Shown here: in pieces, positions 28,381-39,828 of the stretch
Layout of the letters: every line of letters begins with the position of its first letter
How positions within the stretch are numbered: position 1 is the first letter of the stretch
NCBI GenBank assembly: GCA_046706745.1
Contig: JBJKPC010000034.1
Location: 18,263-82,262 of the forward strand
DNA from: Candidatus Kryptoniota bacterium
GTDB taxonomy: Bacteria; Bacteroidota; Ignavibacteria; Kryptoniales; JAKASW01
Direction: 5' to 3'
Length of the DNA stretch: 64,000 nucleotides
Program-made: the position numbers and the translations under genes
Notes under the pieces: model-generated
What the model saw: only the letters and a program-made list of their open reading frames with translations
Databases searched by the model: none
Told to the model about the DNA's origin: nothing

Positions 28381-28416
28381 TTAATATGGTCAAACCGCTC
28401 CTCTTCTCGGAGCAAA

Positions 28417-29319
28417 TCAGTTCGTTTGCTGCAGCCTGTATTTGTTCCAATACCGTATCAATCCCGGCACGTTCATCCAGAACGGATCGGCATTCCTGTA
28501 TTCTTCTATCAGATCGGTGCTCACTCCGGCATCTTTCAGGTCGGTCACAACATACGATTCAAACTCTGAAGCGATAGTTGCTTCGTCTTTCTTCTCGCGC
28601 AGTCTGTCGCCTACCCACTCGGTCCAACGGAGAAGTCTCCACTTCAGCTCATCGAGGTATGATTCGACGGCGGTCGACTTCCCGAAGTGTGTCGGATAAA
28701 TTGCGGTCGGTCCGGCGTTTCTGATCTTCTCGATCGAATCGAGCCAGACTTCCACGTTGATATCGGGCGCCGGCGTCGGAGGCAACACGGGTCCTTCTTT
28801 TATCCGCACACCGCCGACGTCGCCGGTAAAGATATTGTCTTCCACGAGATACGAATTGTGGTGCGAGGCATGGCCCTGTGTGTCGAGAACCTTCACGCGC
28901 ACTTCACCGGCCGCAATCTCTTCGCCGTCAGAGGTAGGATGAAGGCGGGCTTCCGGTATAGCCTTCATGGTTCCCCAAAGCTCATTCATCCGATTCTTAT
29001 AGATCTTTCCCGCGGATGCAAGGAGTTTGGCCGGATCGGAGAGATGACGCGCCCCGTTTTGATGCACATACACCGTCGCACCCATTTCCGCAAAGTGCCA
29101 TGCAGCCCCTGCATGATCCAGGTGGACGTGGGTGACGAGGACTTTCCGAATCTCCTGCGGATCGAAACCGAGTTTCTTTATGCCGGCGACCAGATTGCCA
29201 AACGTGGAATCGGGCCCACTTTCGATGAGCACGAGCTCGGAGCCGCCCTCGATGAGGTATCCCGCGATTGTCTCAGGGGTGAAGAACTTAAGATCGATGG
29301 TATGAATAATCATCTGCAT
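28417..29319 (-). CDS. MBL-fold metallo-hydrolase
   Basis: THVHLDHAG, GHASHH, FTGD, PTHFG. Confidence 0.92.
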   Translation of the reverse strand: MQMIIHTIDLKFFTPETIAGYLIEGGSELVLIESGPDSTFGNLVAGIKKLGFDPQEIRKVLVTHVHLDHAGAAWHFAEMGATVYVHQNGARHLSDPAKLLASAGKIYKNRMNELWGTMKAIPEARLHPTSDGEEIAAGEVRVKVLDTQGHASHHNSYLVEDNIFTGDVGGVRIKEGPVLPPTPAPDINVEVWLDSIEKIRNAGPTAIYPTHFGKSTAVESYLDELKWRLLRWTEWVGDRLREKKDEATIASEFESYVVTDLKDAGVSTDLIEEYRNADPFWMNVPGLIRYWNKYRLQQTN

Positions 29320-29592
29320 CCCGGCTTTAGATTAGGTGTCATGCCGCTTCTTCTGTTGATGAGCGCTAGAGGGCAGATAGAATTTAGAGGCACAAAACAA
29401 GTAAGTCAAGAAAGAACCGGGTGCGTCAACCGCGCAAATGGTACAAGGACCTTGTGATTCTGTTTCACATTTTGCTTACGCTCAATCGTTATACATACGA
29501 GAATTTCTTATGGTATTGGGGCCCTTTTCAGCAAACTCCTTTGAACTCCGACCCCGGATCGGGTATGTTATGGCATGAAAAGGAAGAAGACA

Positions 29593-30216
29593 ATGGCGGC
29601 GGATAAAGCCCCTCGCAACGGAGAGGAAGGAATCATGCTTGCAGATTTCGGGACTTACCACCATTCCACGCCGGAACAATCAAATAGATTACGCGCATGG
29701 GCCGAAAAGGAATTCACCGCAATTCTTCTGTCGCTTCATCGATCCGACTCAGCGCTCAGAATCCTGGATGCCGGGTGTGGGCTGGGTTTTCTCGTATCCG
29801 TAACCGCAAAGTGCTTTCCCCGAGCCAGGATCACCGGCGTCGACCTGTTTGCTCATAAGAGCCTGTATGGAGTGTCGATAGACAAGGCAAGGCAAAACAT
29901 GAAAGCGCTGCGGATAGCATCAAGGGTAACACTGCGGATACATGATTTGACGGAACCGTTGAATTCACGAGTGAAGTACGATCTTGCGGTTTCGAATCTT
30001 GTGTTCCACAATTTGGGGAAGAGGAGGTTTGACGCGTACGAGCACGTTCTCTCAGCATTGAAGCCCGGAAGTCATCTAATCATCGCAGACTTATTCCCGA
30101 ACGATAGCGCGGACGTGCATTTCTTCCGCAAGCATTCCAAAGTGGTTCGTGAAGTGGGGAAGTACGGTTCCGGCAGGTGGAGTCCGAAGATCATGGCTTT
30201 GCGGAAGACGAAATGA
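29593..30216 (+). CDS. Class I SAM-dependent methyltransferase
   Basis: ILDAGCGLG, ITGVD, YDLAVSNLVFH, LKPG. Confidence 0.88.
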   Translation: MAADKAPRNGEEGIMLADFGTYHHSTPEQSNRLRAWAEKEFTAILLSLHRSDSALRILDAGCGLGFLVSVTAKCFPRARITGVDLFAHKSLYGVSIDKARQNMKALRIASRVTLRIHDLTEPLNSRVKYDLAVSNLVFHNLGKRRFDAYEHVLSALKPGSHLIIADLFPNDSADVHFFRKHSKVVREVGKYGSGRWSPKIMALRKTK

Positions 30217-30304
30217 AGGCGGGTGAAATCATCTTCTTCCCGTGAACTCGGATCCGGGAAGGGTTCACGATTTGCTCACTACAATATGTTGCTTATATTC
30301 GAGG

Positions 30305-31231
30305 ATGATAACCACGTCCGTATCCGTTCATTCTCTCGCCGGCAAATACACGGGTCCCCTGCACATAGGCACATGTTCCTGGAATTATCCCGAATGGAAG
30401 GAAATAGGAATTTATTCCCAGAAACAGAAGAGACACTACGACTACCTCCCCGAATATGCCGAACATTTCAATTCGGCCGAAGTCGATCAATGGTTCTGGA
30501 GTTTGGAATCCCCCGACATTGTCAGGCTGCCCAAAGCAGAAGACGTGGAAGCATATGGGAAGTTGACGCCGGATCTTTTCAAGTTTACTGTCAAAGCACC
30601 TAACGCGATTACGCTGACACACTTTTACAAGCAGGCCGCAAAGGAATTTGCTGAAAAGCCAAACCCGTACTTCCTGAGCAGTAAGGTGATGACAGAGTTT
30701 CTAAAATCGATTGCTCCTTTGAAAAAGAAAATCGGCGTCGTAATGTTCGAGTTCGAATATCTCAATAAGACCAAGATGGCTTCCATCGAAGCGTTCTTCG
30801 ATCAGGTCGGCACATTTCTGGATGAGCTGCCCAATGATAATGCCTATGCCATTGAGATACGGAATCCGAATTATTTGAAAGAAGAATACTTCGATTTCCT
30901 GAAGAGACACAACACAGGCCATGTTTTTGTTGACGGATATTACATGCCGCCGGCCTTTGAAGTGTTCGAGAAATTCGGTACAGCTTCCCTGCCGACAAAA
31001 ACTGTTGTTGTACGGCTTCTTGGAACCGACCGTCAGGGCATAGAGAAAAGGACGCGCAAGCACTGGACTGAAATTGTGGATCCGCGGGACAAGACCATTA
31101 AAGAGATATCGGAAATTGTGAAGAAGCTGATTCCGAAGAAGTTCGATGTCTACGCGAACTTCAACAACCATCTGGAAGGAAGCGCGCCGTTGTCGATAGA
31201 GAAGTTTATCAAAGCATTGATGAAGTCATGA
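30305..31231 (+). CDS. DUF72 (YecE-like) family protein
   Basis: IGTCSWNYPEW, FKFTVKAP, AIEIRN, VRLLG, NFNNHLEGSAP; exact start uncertain. Confidence 0.88.
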   Translation: MITTSVSVHSLAGKYTGPLHIGTCSWNYPEWKEIGIYSQKQKRHYDYLPEYAEHFNSAEVDQWFWSLESPDIVRLPKAEDVEAYGKLTPDLFKFTVKAPNAITLTHFYKQAAKEFAEKPNPYFLSSKVMTEFLKSIAPLKKKIGVVMFEFEYLNKTKMASIEAFFDQVGTFLDELPNDNAYAIEIRNPNYLKEEYFDFLKRHNTGHVFVDGYYMPPAFEVFEKFGTASLPTKTVVVRLLGTDRQGIEKRTRKHWTEIVDPRDKTIKEISEIVKKLIPKKFDVYANFNNHLEGSAPLSIEKFIKALMKS

Positions 31232-31345
31232 GAAACTCTCACGGCCTCGCGATGAGCACTGAGGAGGCTCATGCGCGACGATCCCCCCAGCTTGCAGCAC
31301 GGTCCATTTCAAGCCATGTGTTGCTTTGCCCGGGTCAAATCACGG

Positions 31346-32005
31346 TCACAAATCCCCCGCTCTCGTGGTGAGCCAGACCGCGAGAACAAGGCCCACGACG
31401 GCAAACTTCTGGGCAACAATTTCTGCCGGCTCCTGCAGGGCGAACAATACCGCGTACGGTACGACAGTTGGCTGCAATATGACTTGCGATATGATCGCTT
31501 TCGACTTCCGGTGTGAATGATTCAGCTCGATTGAGCGCAATACGACGAAGGCCCAGAACATCCCGAAAACAGATACCCCACCTATGATGTGCAACCATTC
31601 ATAATAATTGTACGGCAATATCAGCAGCAAGAACCCGGCAGCGCTGGCGAGCGAGATTACCTTCTTTGATCCGCTGTGGCTCGATGATTTGTCCGAGGAG
31701 AAAAGAGAATACATCGTCGCCATCAGTATTCCGGATGTCAACATGGTAGCATCGAAGATCGCCCGCGCCAGTACGTTCGGGTTTCCGTTCTCGGTCAGCG
31801 GCTCTCCCAGGTCGCTAAGCTGATATTGCCAGACTAGAAACGGCCCTTTGTAAGCTATGATGGAGAGGGTTACTCCAAGGCAGGTACATAAGATAAAAAT
31901 AGAGAAGCGTCTGGAAATTTTTCGAGCCGAAGCGGTCCGACTGCGTCCCGGGAAGAGTTCATCCATTTGTACAAAATCAAAGTTTCTAAAATTAAATAAT
32001 GCCAT
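31346..32005 (-). CDS. Membrane protein (DUF998-like)
   Basis: About 6 hydrophobic helices; LSDLG motif; conserved-looking His in WLHIIG; start may be 31966. Confidence 0.55.
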   Translation of the reverse strand: MALFNFRNFDFVQMDELFPGRSRTASARKISRRFSIFILCTCLGVTLSIIAYKGPFLVWQYQLSDLGEPLTENGNPNVLARAIFDATMLTSGILMATMYSLFSSDKSSSHSGSKKVISLASAAGFLLLILPYNYYEWLHIIGGVSVFGMFWAFVVLRSIELNHSHRKSKAIISQVILQPTVVPYAVLFALQEPAEIVAQKFAVVGLVLAVWLTTRAGDL

Positions 32006-32374
32006 CCGGCATTCTTGATAACATCGGTCATAGAATAAAGTTCAAAAGATCGTTGAAATATGTATTGGAACCCTGGTTCAGAGCAGGAGCACAGAGAATG
32101 GATAGGAAACGATGAGGTTTGCATTCGGAACCTAAGACTAGTTCTATGATGTCAGAAGGTTTATTTCCATGGCTAGAAACCGGGAACGATAGAATTGAGA
32201 CGCCGATCGTAGGAAGTTGTAATCATAATATAGTGCTTTAGAGTTGCGAACGGCGTTGACAAACCTGCAGAAGTCCGGCGATTCCGAGCGGCCAAGCGCG
32301 CAACGAGGTGATTTTCGTAACTGCTTATCGGGAAATGCAGGGGGAATTTTCAGCCGAATCGAGAGCCCCGCCAC

Positions 32375-32575
32375 TCAATCCCACGTAAGACTGAGATCCG
32401 GACCATTTGCACACATACATTTCCGCTGGAAGTTCTTCGAGACCTGGAATACAATATACTTGCCATCCGGCGAGATCTGAGGATCAAGAACCATTTCATC
32501 AATTTCCGGCAGGGTATAGATCTTCTTCAGGCTGTTGCCTGACGTATCCATGAAGCACATACTCAACTTCCACAA
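32375..32575 (-). pseudogene. Fragment with a TolB/PD40-like repeat
   Basis: DPQISPDGKYIVF in a short ORF with no intact flanking frame. Confidence 0.45.
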
Positions 32576-32905
32576 ACCGCCCCCGCCTTTGGATGATGAC
32601 CGAGAATTGATTCAGTGTACGCGACTTTCCCGCATGATGCAACTTGCTCCGGATGGTCGGCGTTTTTTGCGATAAGCATTGTGCGCGGGTAATTCGGCCT
32701 TGAATTAAGCTGAAGCGACGGTGCACTTGAAGTTCGATGTCTTCACAGTTCCTGATTTGCCCGCAGATCTTGATTTGAATGTCGGGCCAATTTGTTTCAA
32801 CATAGCGCCACTTGCAATCTCATTATTCAAACAACCCACCGTTCAATCGCTCCGGGAATTCACCAAGCAGTGCGGTCTGCCCGCATTGCCCCCTTTCGAC
32901 TTTCG

Positions 32906-34609
32906 TCACCCGTTCTCCACTTGCTTCAGTGTTGGCTCAGCGGAACGTCGGGCTTGCCGGCCGGAGTGCTTGCTTGTGCGGGCTGCATTCTTCTTGGGTG
33001 TCTTCAAAAGGAGAATCGGGATGATGCATAGAAGCATTATGGCACACGCAAACAGAAAAGTATCGTCGGTAGCCTGCACAATCGCCTGTTTGGTGACGTT
33101 CGATATGATCAACGCCTTTGCCCTTTGAAGTTCAGTCGGGATCGGGCCGGCCACCGCATAGGTGGCAAAATTCTTGATCCCGTCGAGGATATTCTTATAT
33201 GTAGAAGAATACTGCGAGACCACCTGACTGTCGATTGCAGTGTGAAAAGTTGTCCTTTCTGTGAAGATAGTTCCAATCAGGGCGACACCGAAGGCGCCGC
33301 CGACCTGGCGAACGACATTGAACAATCCCGAGGCCTGTGTCATGTCTTTTCCCTTGATATCTTTCAATCCCAACGCGGTTAATGGAGTGAACATCAGGCC
33401 CATCCCGATGCCCCGGAGATACATAGGGAGCATAACCTGCGCGTGCATCGAGAAAAGAGAAAGAAAACCATTCAGGTACCAACTCCAACCCAGGACAACG
33501 ATTCCAACGAAGGTTATTATCTTCGGGTTGATCCTGTCGGTGAGAATGCCGGATATGGGTGCGGCAACGCCCTGTATCAACCCTGTCGGAAGGTATATGG
33601 CACCCGCCTGATAGGCAGTGTAACCTAGCGAAGTCTGAAGATAGAGCGGCAAAAGGAAGGTACTGCCAAAGACGGAAAGCCCGAAAATGAATCTTATGAT
33701 ATTCGACATCGAATAATTGAAACTCTTGAAGAGCCTGAGTTCAATCAGCGGGTGCCTCGCGGTGAATTCCCTCACCAGAAATACGGCAAGAGCCACGATA
33801 GAAATCGCAAAGTTCGTTAAAATGAAAGTCGATGTCCAGCCGCCGGTATTCCAGTCTGCATTCCCGTCGGCAAGCGCAAGAAGGAGAGAAACCGTGAAGA
33901 TAGTCATGGACAGGAACCCGAGGACGTCGAATGACCGAGACTTCTCAGTCTTGTGCTCCTTGAGGATTAGCCATGTAGCAAATATTCCGAGTATCCCGAT
34001 CGGTACATTGACGAAGAATATGGAACTCCAGTCAAATCTGTCCACGAGGTATCCTCCGACAAGTGGCCCGAGCGAAACCGAACCTGCCGAAGCCACCGAC
34101 CAGAAACCGAGCGCCGTTCCGCGCTGCTCCCTCGGAAATTCCCGGAGCACGATAGCCATACCTACCGGCATCAGGAAACCGCCGCCCATTCCCTGCAAAA
34201 CGCGAAAGAATATCAAAACGCTCTCGTTCCATGCAATGCCGCAGAGAAACGATCCTGTCGTGAAGATTATCAGAGACAACATGTAAATCTTCTTGTGTCC
34301 GAAGTGGTCGGCGAACCATGCAGATGTCGACAGCATGACGGAAAATGCTATCAGATATCCGTTGAGGACCCATTCCGCGGTGTCTATCGTGATGCCGAAG
34401 GCCGCCATGATCTTCGGAAGCGCGACGTTTACGATGGTTGCATCCAGGACAACCATCGCAGTGCCGATCATTACGTTTGCCAGTACCCACCATTTGTAGC
34501 TTCCGTGCCCCGGGCTGCCGAACACGCTTGTCTCGCGTGCAGAACCGTTCCCGTTCGACCTTCCGTTACCACGCCTAATAAGACTTTCGTTATTGCTATC
34601 TCTCAGCAT
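32906..34609 (-). CDS. DHA2 (EmrB/QacA) family MFS efflux permease
   Basis: LDATIVNVALP, RVLQGMGGG, GPLVGG, FFVNVPIG, ASGLFNVVRQVGG; ~14 TM. Confidence 0.95.
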   Translation of the reverse strand: MLRDSNNESLIRRGNGRSNGNGSARETSVFGSPGHGSYKWWVLANVMIGTAMVVLDATIVNVALPKIMAAFGITIDTAEWVLNGYLIAFSVMLSTSAWFADHFGHKKIYMLSLIIFTTGSFLCGIAWNESVLIFFRVLQGMGGGFLMPVGMAIVLREFPREQRGTALGFWSVASAGSVSLGPLVGGYLVDRFDWSSIFFVNVPIGILGIFATWLILKEHKTEKSRSFDVLGFLSMTIFTVSLLLALADGNADWNTGGWTSTFILTNFAISIVALAVFLVREFTARHPLIELRLFKSFNYSMSNIIRFIFGLSVFGSTFLLPLYLQTSLGYTAYQAGAIYLPTGLIQGVAAPISGILTDRINPKIITFVGIVVLGWSWYLNGFLSLFSMHAQVMLPMYLRGIGMGLMFTPLTALGLKDIKGKDMTQASGLFNVVRQVGGAFGVALIGTIFTERTTFHTAIDSQVVSQYSSTYKNILDGIKNFATYAVAGPIPTELQRAKALIISNVTKQAIVQATDDTFLFACAIMLLCIIPILLLKTPKKNAARTSKHSGRQARRSAEPTLKQVENG

Positions 34610-35558
34610 TGCTTCCTTTGGTGCTTCGTTTCAAAATTTCATTCGGACGAGACTGCGAGCGAATCTGTTTAGCCGGTCAGGTCACCGTCCGCGACGCTCG
34701 CAGCCTTCGGTATCCCTCGCTTATTCCCGTTCGGCGTTGACTTTATCGTCCCTGAGATATCTCAAGGGATGTACCTGCAAAAGGCAACAGGCAAAACAGG
34801 GAATGAATCTTTTTCGAGATCGCCGTTCTTGAGGTTCGGCAAGGCTTCTAATTGATGGTTTCCCCTGAAGGATTTTGGGAATGATCCGCTAAGTCCAGAT
34901 CACAGCCGAGGACTACGTTCAAGCGCGAGAGGCTCGTAGAAGTTTCAACGACCTTACGTTCTCGGCCGAGACTTGCCCGGCTGGGGGCCGGGCAACCATC
35001 TTGCTCCCCTTCTTCAAGGTAAGTGAGAAATGTTCCTGTCGTTCTCAGGGGACTTCAAGAGAAGGATATTGCCGTAAGAAGAAGGCGCTGTCAATATCGA
35101 CCTGTGTCTACTCGGTCGACTCACACATACTGCCGGCAAAACGGCGCGCGTCTTCTTTGCTATTATTTCCCTCTCAACTATGTCTTGGTTGAATATTCAT
35201 GTTCTTCTTTAGCCAAAAATGCCGTGGTGTGCCAAAATAATGATACAAAATGTTCATTCAGAGGACTTCCCCAATCATTTCCGGGGCTGCTTTCCCCCGG
35301 GCAATCTGAAGTTCTTTCCTTTGAGATTACTCTTCTTATGCCTGATGATCCACAGTTGTAGAATTAATTTAACCGGTAAAGGGCTCAATTGCCAATTCGA
35401 GTGTGTGTCGCATGGCTACTCCTTCACGTTTCGGCACGTTAGAAATGCCGAATGGCCCCTTCTCACATGACTATCCACGGAATTTTCTTCGGCCAGCGCG
35501 GCTGTCGATCCGATCGACCCGGATTTTACTTAGCGAGTTCGAAAGTTAAATTCAGCGC

Positions 35559-36233
35559 ATGAACAGCCCTAAGTCGAGGATCTGGTTCACTCTTGTTATG
35601 ACTTTCGTCGTTATTGCACTTGCATTATTTGCTTCGGCCGGATCGGTCGATTACTGGCAGGCATGGGTATTTCTCGGGATAGGCTTCGCGTCGAGCGCAC
35701 TTCTCACATCATTTATATCAAGAGATCCTGCCCTTCTTGAACGGAGAACAAAGGGCGGCCCGACATCTGAGCAGCGACCTGCTCAGAAAATCATAGTGCT
35801 GTTTGCGGGTCTTCCGGCAATCGCTGCTTTCCTCATTCCGGGATTCGATCGTCGTTTCCACTGGTCGAGCGTGCCACCATCGCTATCCATATTTGGTGAG
35901 CTCTTAATAACGGTGAGCCTCTGGATGGTGTACCGCGTATTCAGAGAGAACTCGTTCGGATCAGCGACCGTCGAGATTGCCAATGATCAAAAAGTGATTT
36001 CAACCGGTCCCTACGCAATAATCCGGAACCCTATGTATGCTTGCGCGGCGGTGTACTTCATAGGGTTATCTTTGGCGCTCGGTTCCTGGTGGGGACTTAT
36101 CCCGTCATTCCTCACGATCCTCGGACTCGTCTGGCGCCTTCTGGACGAAGAGAGATTCCTTTGCAAAAACCTGTCAGGTTACAAGGAATATTGCGACAAA
36201 GTCCGCTGGCATTTGATACGTGGGGTATTCTAG
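35559..36233 (+). CDS. Isoprenylcysteine carboxylmethyltransferase/PEMT family membrane protein
   Basis: ENSFGS..QKVISTGPYAIIRNPMY, R..DEERFL..L.GY.EY..KVRW. Confidence 0.9.
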   Translation: MNSPKSRIWFTLVMTFVVIALALFASAGSVDYWQAWVFLGIGFASSALLTSFISRDPALLERRTKGGPTSEQRPAQKIIVLFAGLPAIAAFLIPGFDRRFHWSSVPPSLSIFGELLITVSLWMVYRVFRENSFGSATVEIANDQKVISTGPYAIIRNPMYACAAVYFIGLSLALGSWWGLIPSFLTILGLVWRLLDEERFLCKNLSGYKEYCDKVRWHLIRGVF

Positions 36234-36275
36234 ACAGGCGCTTCAGAGTCCCTAGTGAAGCTTCACCCGTCCGGT

Positions 36276-36947
36276 TCACTTATGAACTAAATTGGTTATC
36301 CCGCCGACCGTGATCTGCAAGCCGACACAGAAAATTAGAAACGCCATCAGGCGGTTGACGATCTTCTCATTGTGAGAGCCCATGTATTTGATCAGGCGCC
36401 CGGCATTCATATAGAAAATGAAAATCAGTATACAGATACCAAGTATGGAAATTAAAAGGGCCGCATTATTGAGCATATAGCCGGAGAAGGTTTTTGCCTG
36501 TACCTGAGCACTCAACGTGAAGAGAACGGCGATGGTTCCGGCACCTGTGGTAATCGGGAAGGTGATGGGGTAGAAAAGCTTGCTCTCCAGCTGAGCCATC
36601 TCCTCAGCTTCAGACTCCTGAGGCACCGGAGAGGGGGAGTCGCTCGATTTGTCCGTCGTAAGAAACTCCCATCCGATTTTGCAGATCATGATCCCGCCGC
36701 CAAGCTGGATAATCGGTACAGACAACCCAAAGAGCTCAAGAATCCAATGGCCGGTGAACAATGTAACAACGCAGATACCGAGTGCGTAAACGGAAATTCT
36801 TCTGGCCGCACTAGATCTTTCCTTTCTCGATAAGCCCGCGAAATACGGGTCGACCATAAGCGCCGTGCCGATCGGGTTTACAACAGGAAACAAGGCAATG
36901 AAGCCGAGGAAGACTATCTCAAGAAATGATTGAATATGTGTGAGCAT
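36276..36947 (-). CDS. marC: MarC family membrane protein
   Basis: LFPVVNPIG, LFGLSVP.IQLGGG, PITFPITTGAGTI, RLMAFLIFCVGLQ. Confidence 0.9.
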   Translation of the reverse strand: MLTHIQSFLEIVFLGFIALFPVVNPIGTALMVDPYFAGLSRKERSSAARRISVYALGICVVTLFTGHWILELFGLSVPIIQLGGGIMICKIGWEFLTTDKSSDSPSPVPQESEAEEMAQLESKLFYPITFPITTGAGTIAVLFTLSAQVQAKTFSGYMLNNAALLISILGICILIFIFYMNAGRLIKYMGSHNEKIVNRLMAFLIFCVGLQITVGGITNLVHK

Positions 36948-37373
36948 GGTACAACCGATTTTCTTCAAGTTTACAAGAAGCCCACATAGCCTACAAGCCA
37001 ATGATCGCTACTCATGATGGAGCATGGCTCGAAAGAGGCTGTTCCGGACCAGCCTCGGGCAATTAGCATCCGTACCGCTCCGTGTGGCAGCATGCCCAAT
37101 GCGTTTGTTTGGTACCGTATTAGAAAAAGTCCCGCCACGATTACTAATAACGGGATTGCACATCGAGTGTTTGTACAACTACTACCTCCGATAAATCATA
37201 TTCCTGACAGAGGCATAATTTTGAGAGTAAGTAGTCTATCGTTGCCGATGGATTGAACCGGTGGCGAGCCTCTAGTTATTGATCCTGCTGGGCATTGTCA
37301 ACCACGCGCATCCTCAGGCCACGCCCCAAGGCGGCCCGAAATGCTCTGCGACATAGCAGCCTTTGTCAACCCG

Positions 37374-38687
37374 CTAAGAAAAGATATCTCCCTTTTTGAA
37401 TTGCCAGACACTCACGAAGTTTATGACAGCTCCCATCGCAAGAAGGATCCCTATCTCGGGAAGAATGCTCACCGTTCCCACCCCGCGCCACAAAACCTGC
37501 AGGAATCCTTCCATCGCCCAGTACACAAATGTAAGCTTACTCAAAGTCTGAATCGCATGAGGCATCAGAAAAGATGGGAACCACGCACCTCCGATCGCAC
37601 TCATCGTCAGGATCAACAAAGTCCCGAGCCCATTAGCCTGTTGACGTGTCTTCGAGACTGCGGCTAGCAGCATTCCGAAAGAAGTGCAGGCTATCGAGGC
37701 TGACAAGATTATCAACATCAGATTCAGGAAATTTGAGAATATATCCACCTGGAACATCAGCCATCCGACAATGAACATGAACAAGAGCTGAACGACGGCA
37801 AGCGACATGTTGAACATGTACTTGCTCCATAGTATGTGGACGCGCGAAACGGGAGACGTAAGTATTCTGAGCATCACGCCAGATTTCCTCTCGTCGAACA
37901 GTGACGACGAAGATGCCGTCACCGCAAACAATAGGAAGGTAAGTGCCCACCCGCCGATACTTCTCGTTGCCCACTGATTCTTGACGTTTTCTCCCACCAC
38001 CTGCTTCTTGTCGATGCGGATGAAACTGCTCATGAAATTCTTCGCACCGTTCACGGTATCATTACGTCCCCCCGAGGCTACCCACCTGCCGGGGTTGAGG
38101 AAACTGGCAGTATCCACCCTAAAGTACTTGTGCACTAGTGTTGCAAGCCCTACGTTGAAAGCGGAACCGGAATCAGAGCCCAGGTACTTCTTGGCGAGAC
38201 GAAGGCCGCTCTGCGCCATGATCGAGGGGAAGTTGCTGAACACCGCCTGTTGAACCAGCCCGGTAACCATCTGCATCTCCATCTCATTCTTGGGATCATA
38301 ATAGAACTTCAATTTGAGAGCAGATGATGTATCCGTGTAAGCATCCGAAGGAATTACTATTCCCGCCGTTGCCTTCCCGCTTTTGACATATTCTACTATC
38401 GACGCCGTATCAAAAGGTGCGGACTTCCCGTTGCTCTCTATAACCGAATCGACTACCCGAAAAGCCTCCATCGTATCGAGAGTCGAGAGAATCCTTCCTG
38501 CAACCTCCGATTTGCTCTGATTCAAGACTGCAATGGGAATCCCCTGCGGTCCCGAGTTTCCTCCATTGAACACCGATCCGAAAATATACATAAGGACGAA
38601 AGGAACGACGAAGGTCAATAGGACCGCCATCCTGTCGTTCAGGAAAATCCTGCATGAGTTGCGGAAGAGACGAAGGGTCGGTTTCAG
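37374..38687 (-). CDS. ABC-2 type transporter permease
   Basis: LTFVVPF, large periplasmic loop, DERKSG..RILTSP, GGAWFP; probable CTG start overlapping the upstream TGA. Confidence 0.88.
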   Translation of the reverse strand: MKPTLRLFRNSCRIFLNDRMAVLLTFVVPFVLMYIFGSVFNGGNSGPQGIPIAVLNQSKSEVAGRILSTLDTMEAFRVVDSVIESNGKSAPFDTASIVEYVKSGKATAGIVIPSDAYTDTSSALKLKFYYDPKNEMEMQMVTGLVQQAVFSNFPSIMAQSGLRLAKKYLGSDSGSAFNVGLATLVHKYFRVDTASFLNPGRWVASGGRNDTVNGAKNFMSSFIRIDKKQVVGENVKNQWATRSIGGWALTFLLFAVTASSSSLFDERKSGVMLRILTSPVSRVHILWSKYMFNMSLAVVQLLFMFIVGWLMFQVDIFSNFLNLMLIILSASIACTSFGMLLAAVSKTRQQANGLGTLLILTMSAIGGAWFPSFLMPHAIQTLSKLTFVYWAMEGFLQVLWRGVGTVSILPEIGILLAMGAVINFVSVWQFKKGDIFS

Positions 38688-39601
38688 TCTCTCAACCTCC
38701 TTCCTGTCAACTGAAGGAACAGCGCCTCCAGCGTCGGACGATGCAGTTCGACCCACTGGTATTTCAAGCCGTTTGATTCGACTGTCGCGAAGAAATTTGA
38801 AAGGGTGAAACCATCCGACGGCTTCAATTCGAAGTGGTCATCTTCTTCCGTGAGAGTTCCGAGGCTGCGAAATGCCGCCAGATGCTCCAGGGTAGCCGGA
38901 TTCTTCAGGATGGAGATCGTTTCGTCGTACGGAAGCATTCCGAGCAATTCGTCCGTAGTCCCGAGCGCAATGATGGTTCCATGGTCGATTATTCCGACAC
39001 GACTGCAGAGGCGTTCGGCCTCCTCCATGTAATGAGTCGTGTAAACGATCGTCTTCCCCTGCCGGTTGAGATCCGCGAGGAAGTCAAAGATTGCGTTTCG
39101 GGACTGCGGATCCACTCCGACAGTGGGCTCGTCGCACAATAGAATCTTCGGATCATGGAGCATGCTCGCGACAAGATTCAATCGACGCTTCATCCCGCCG
39201 GAGAAAGTTCTTACTCTGTCCTTTCGTCTTTCGTAAAGACCCACTGAGTTGAGTCTCTCACCAATCCGCTCGCCGAGCTCTCGTGACGGGATATCGAATA
39301 ACTGTCCGAACATTTCGAGGTTCTGGACTGCGCTCATCTCGTCGTAGAGTGCGAGAGACTGCGGAACATATCCAATTTGCTTTCTCAGCGGAAGATTATC
39401 CCGCCTGACAATTTCTCCATTCACTGAAATTTGTCCTTCGTCGGCGTCCATATAACCGACAAGAAGACTCATCAACGTGGTTTTTCCCGCGCCGTTAGGT
39501 CCCAGGAGCCCAAAGAATTCGCCGTCCCCTATTTCGAGGGAAACTCCTTTCAGGGCGGTAACCTCCGGAAAACCCTTGGTAAGTCGCTCTACCTTTATCA
39601 A
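38684..39601 (-). CDS. ABC transporter ATP-binding protein
   Basis: GPNGAGKT, FSGGMKRR, LLCDEPT, TTHY. Confidence 0.96.
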   Translation of the reverse strand: MIKVERLTKGFPEVTALKGVSLEIGDGEFFGLLGPNGAGKTTLMSLLVGYMDADEGQISVNGEIVRRDNLPLRKQIGYVPQSLALYDEMSAVQNLEMFGQLFDIPSRELGERIGERLNSVGLYERRKDRVRTFSGGMKRRLNLVASMLHDPKILLCDEPTVGVDPQSRNAIFDFLADLNRQGKTIVYTTHYMEEAERLCSRVGIIDHGTIIALGTTDELLGMLPYDETISILKNPATLEHLAAFRSLGTLTEEDDHFELKPSDGFTLSNFFATVESNGLKYQWVELHRPTLEALFLQLTGRRLRD

Positions 39602-39828
39602 CTTATCCTGTCGTTGTTCATAACTGAGTTGGCGGCCAAAGCGGTTAAGCCTTCCATAAAATCAAGTCGAAGCAGCCTACGCTGCGTTCCCCGGTAAGTT
39701 ACACGCAGGTTTCGACTACTTACATTTGCCTTGAGCACCGACCTGGGGAACATCGCGGCTTCGAACAGTTGCCGACAATCGTTCTTCTTTCCTGTTCTCT
39801 CCCGTGTGTCCCGAAGTCCACCGGGGCC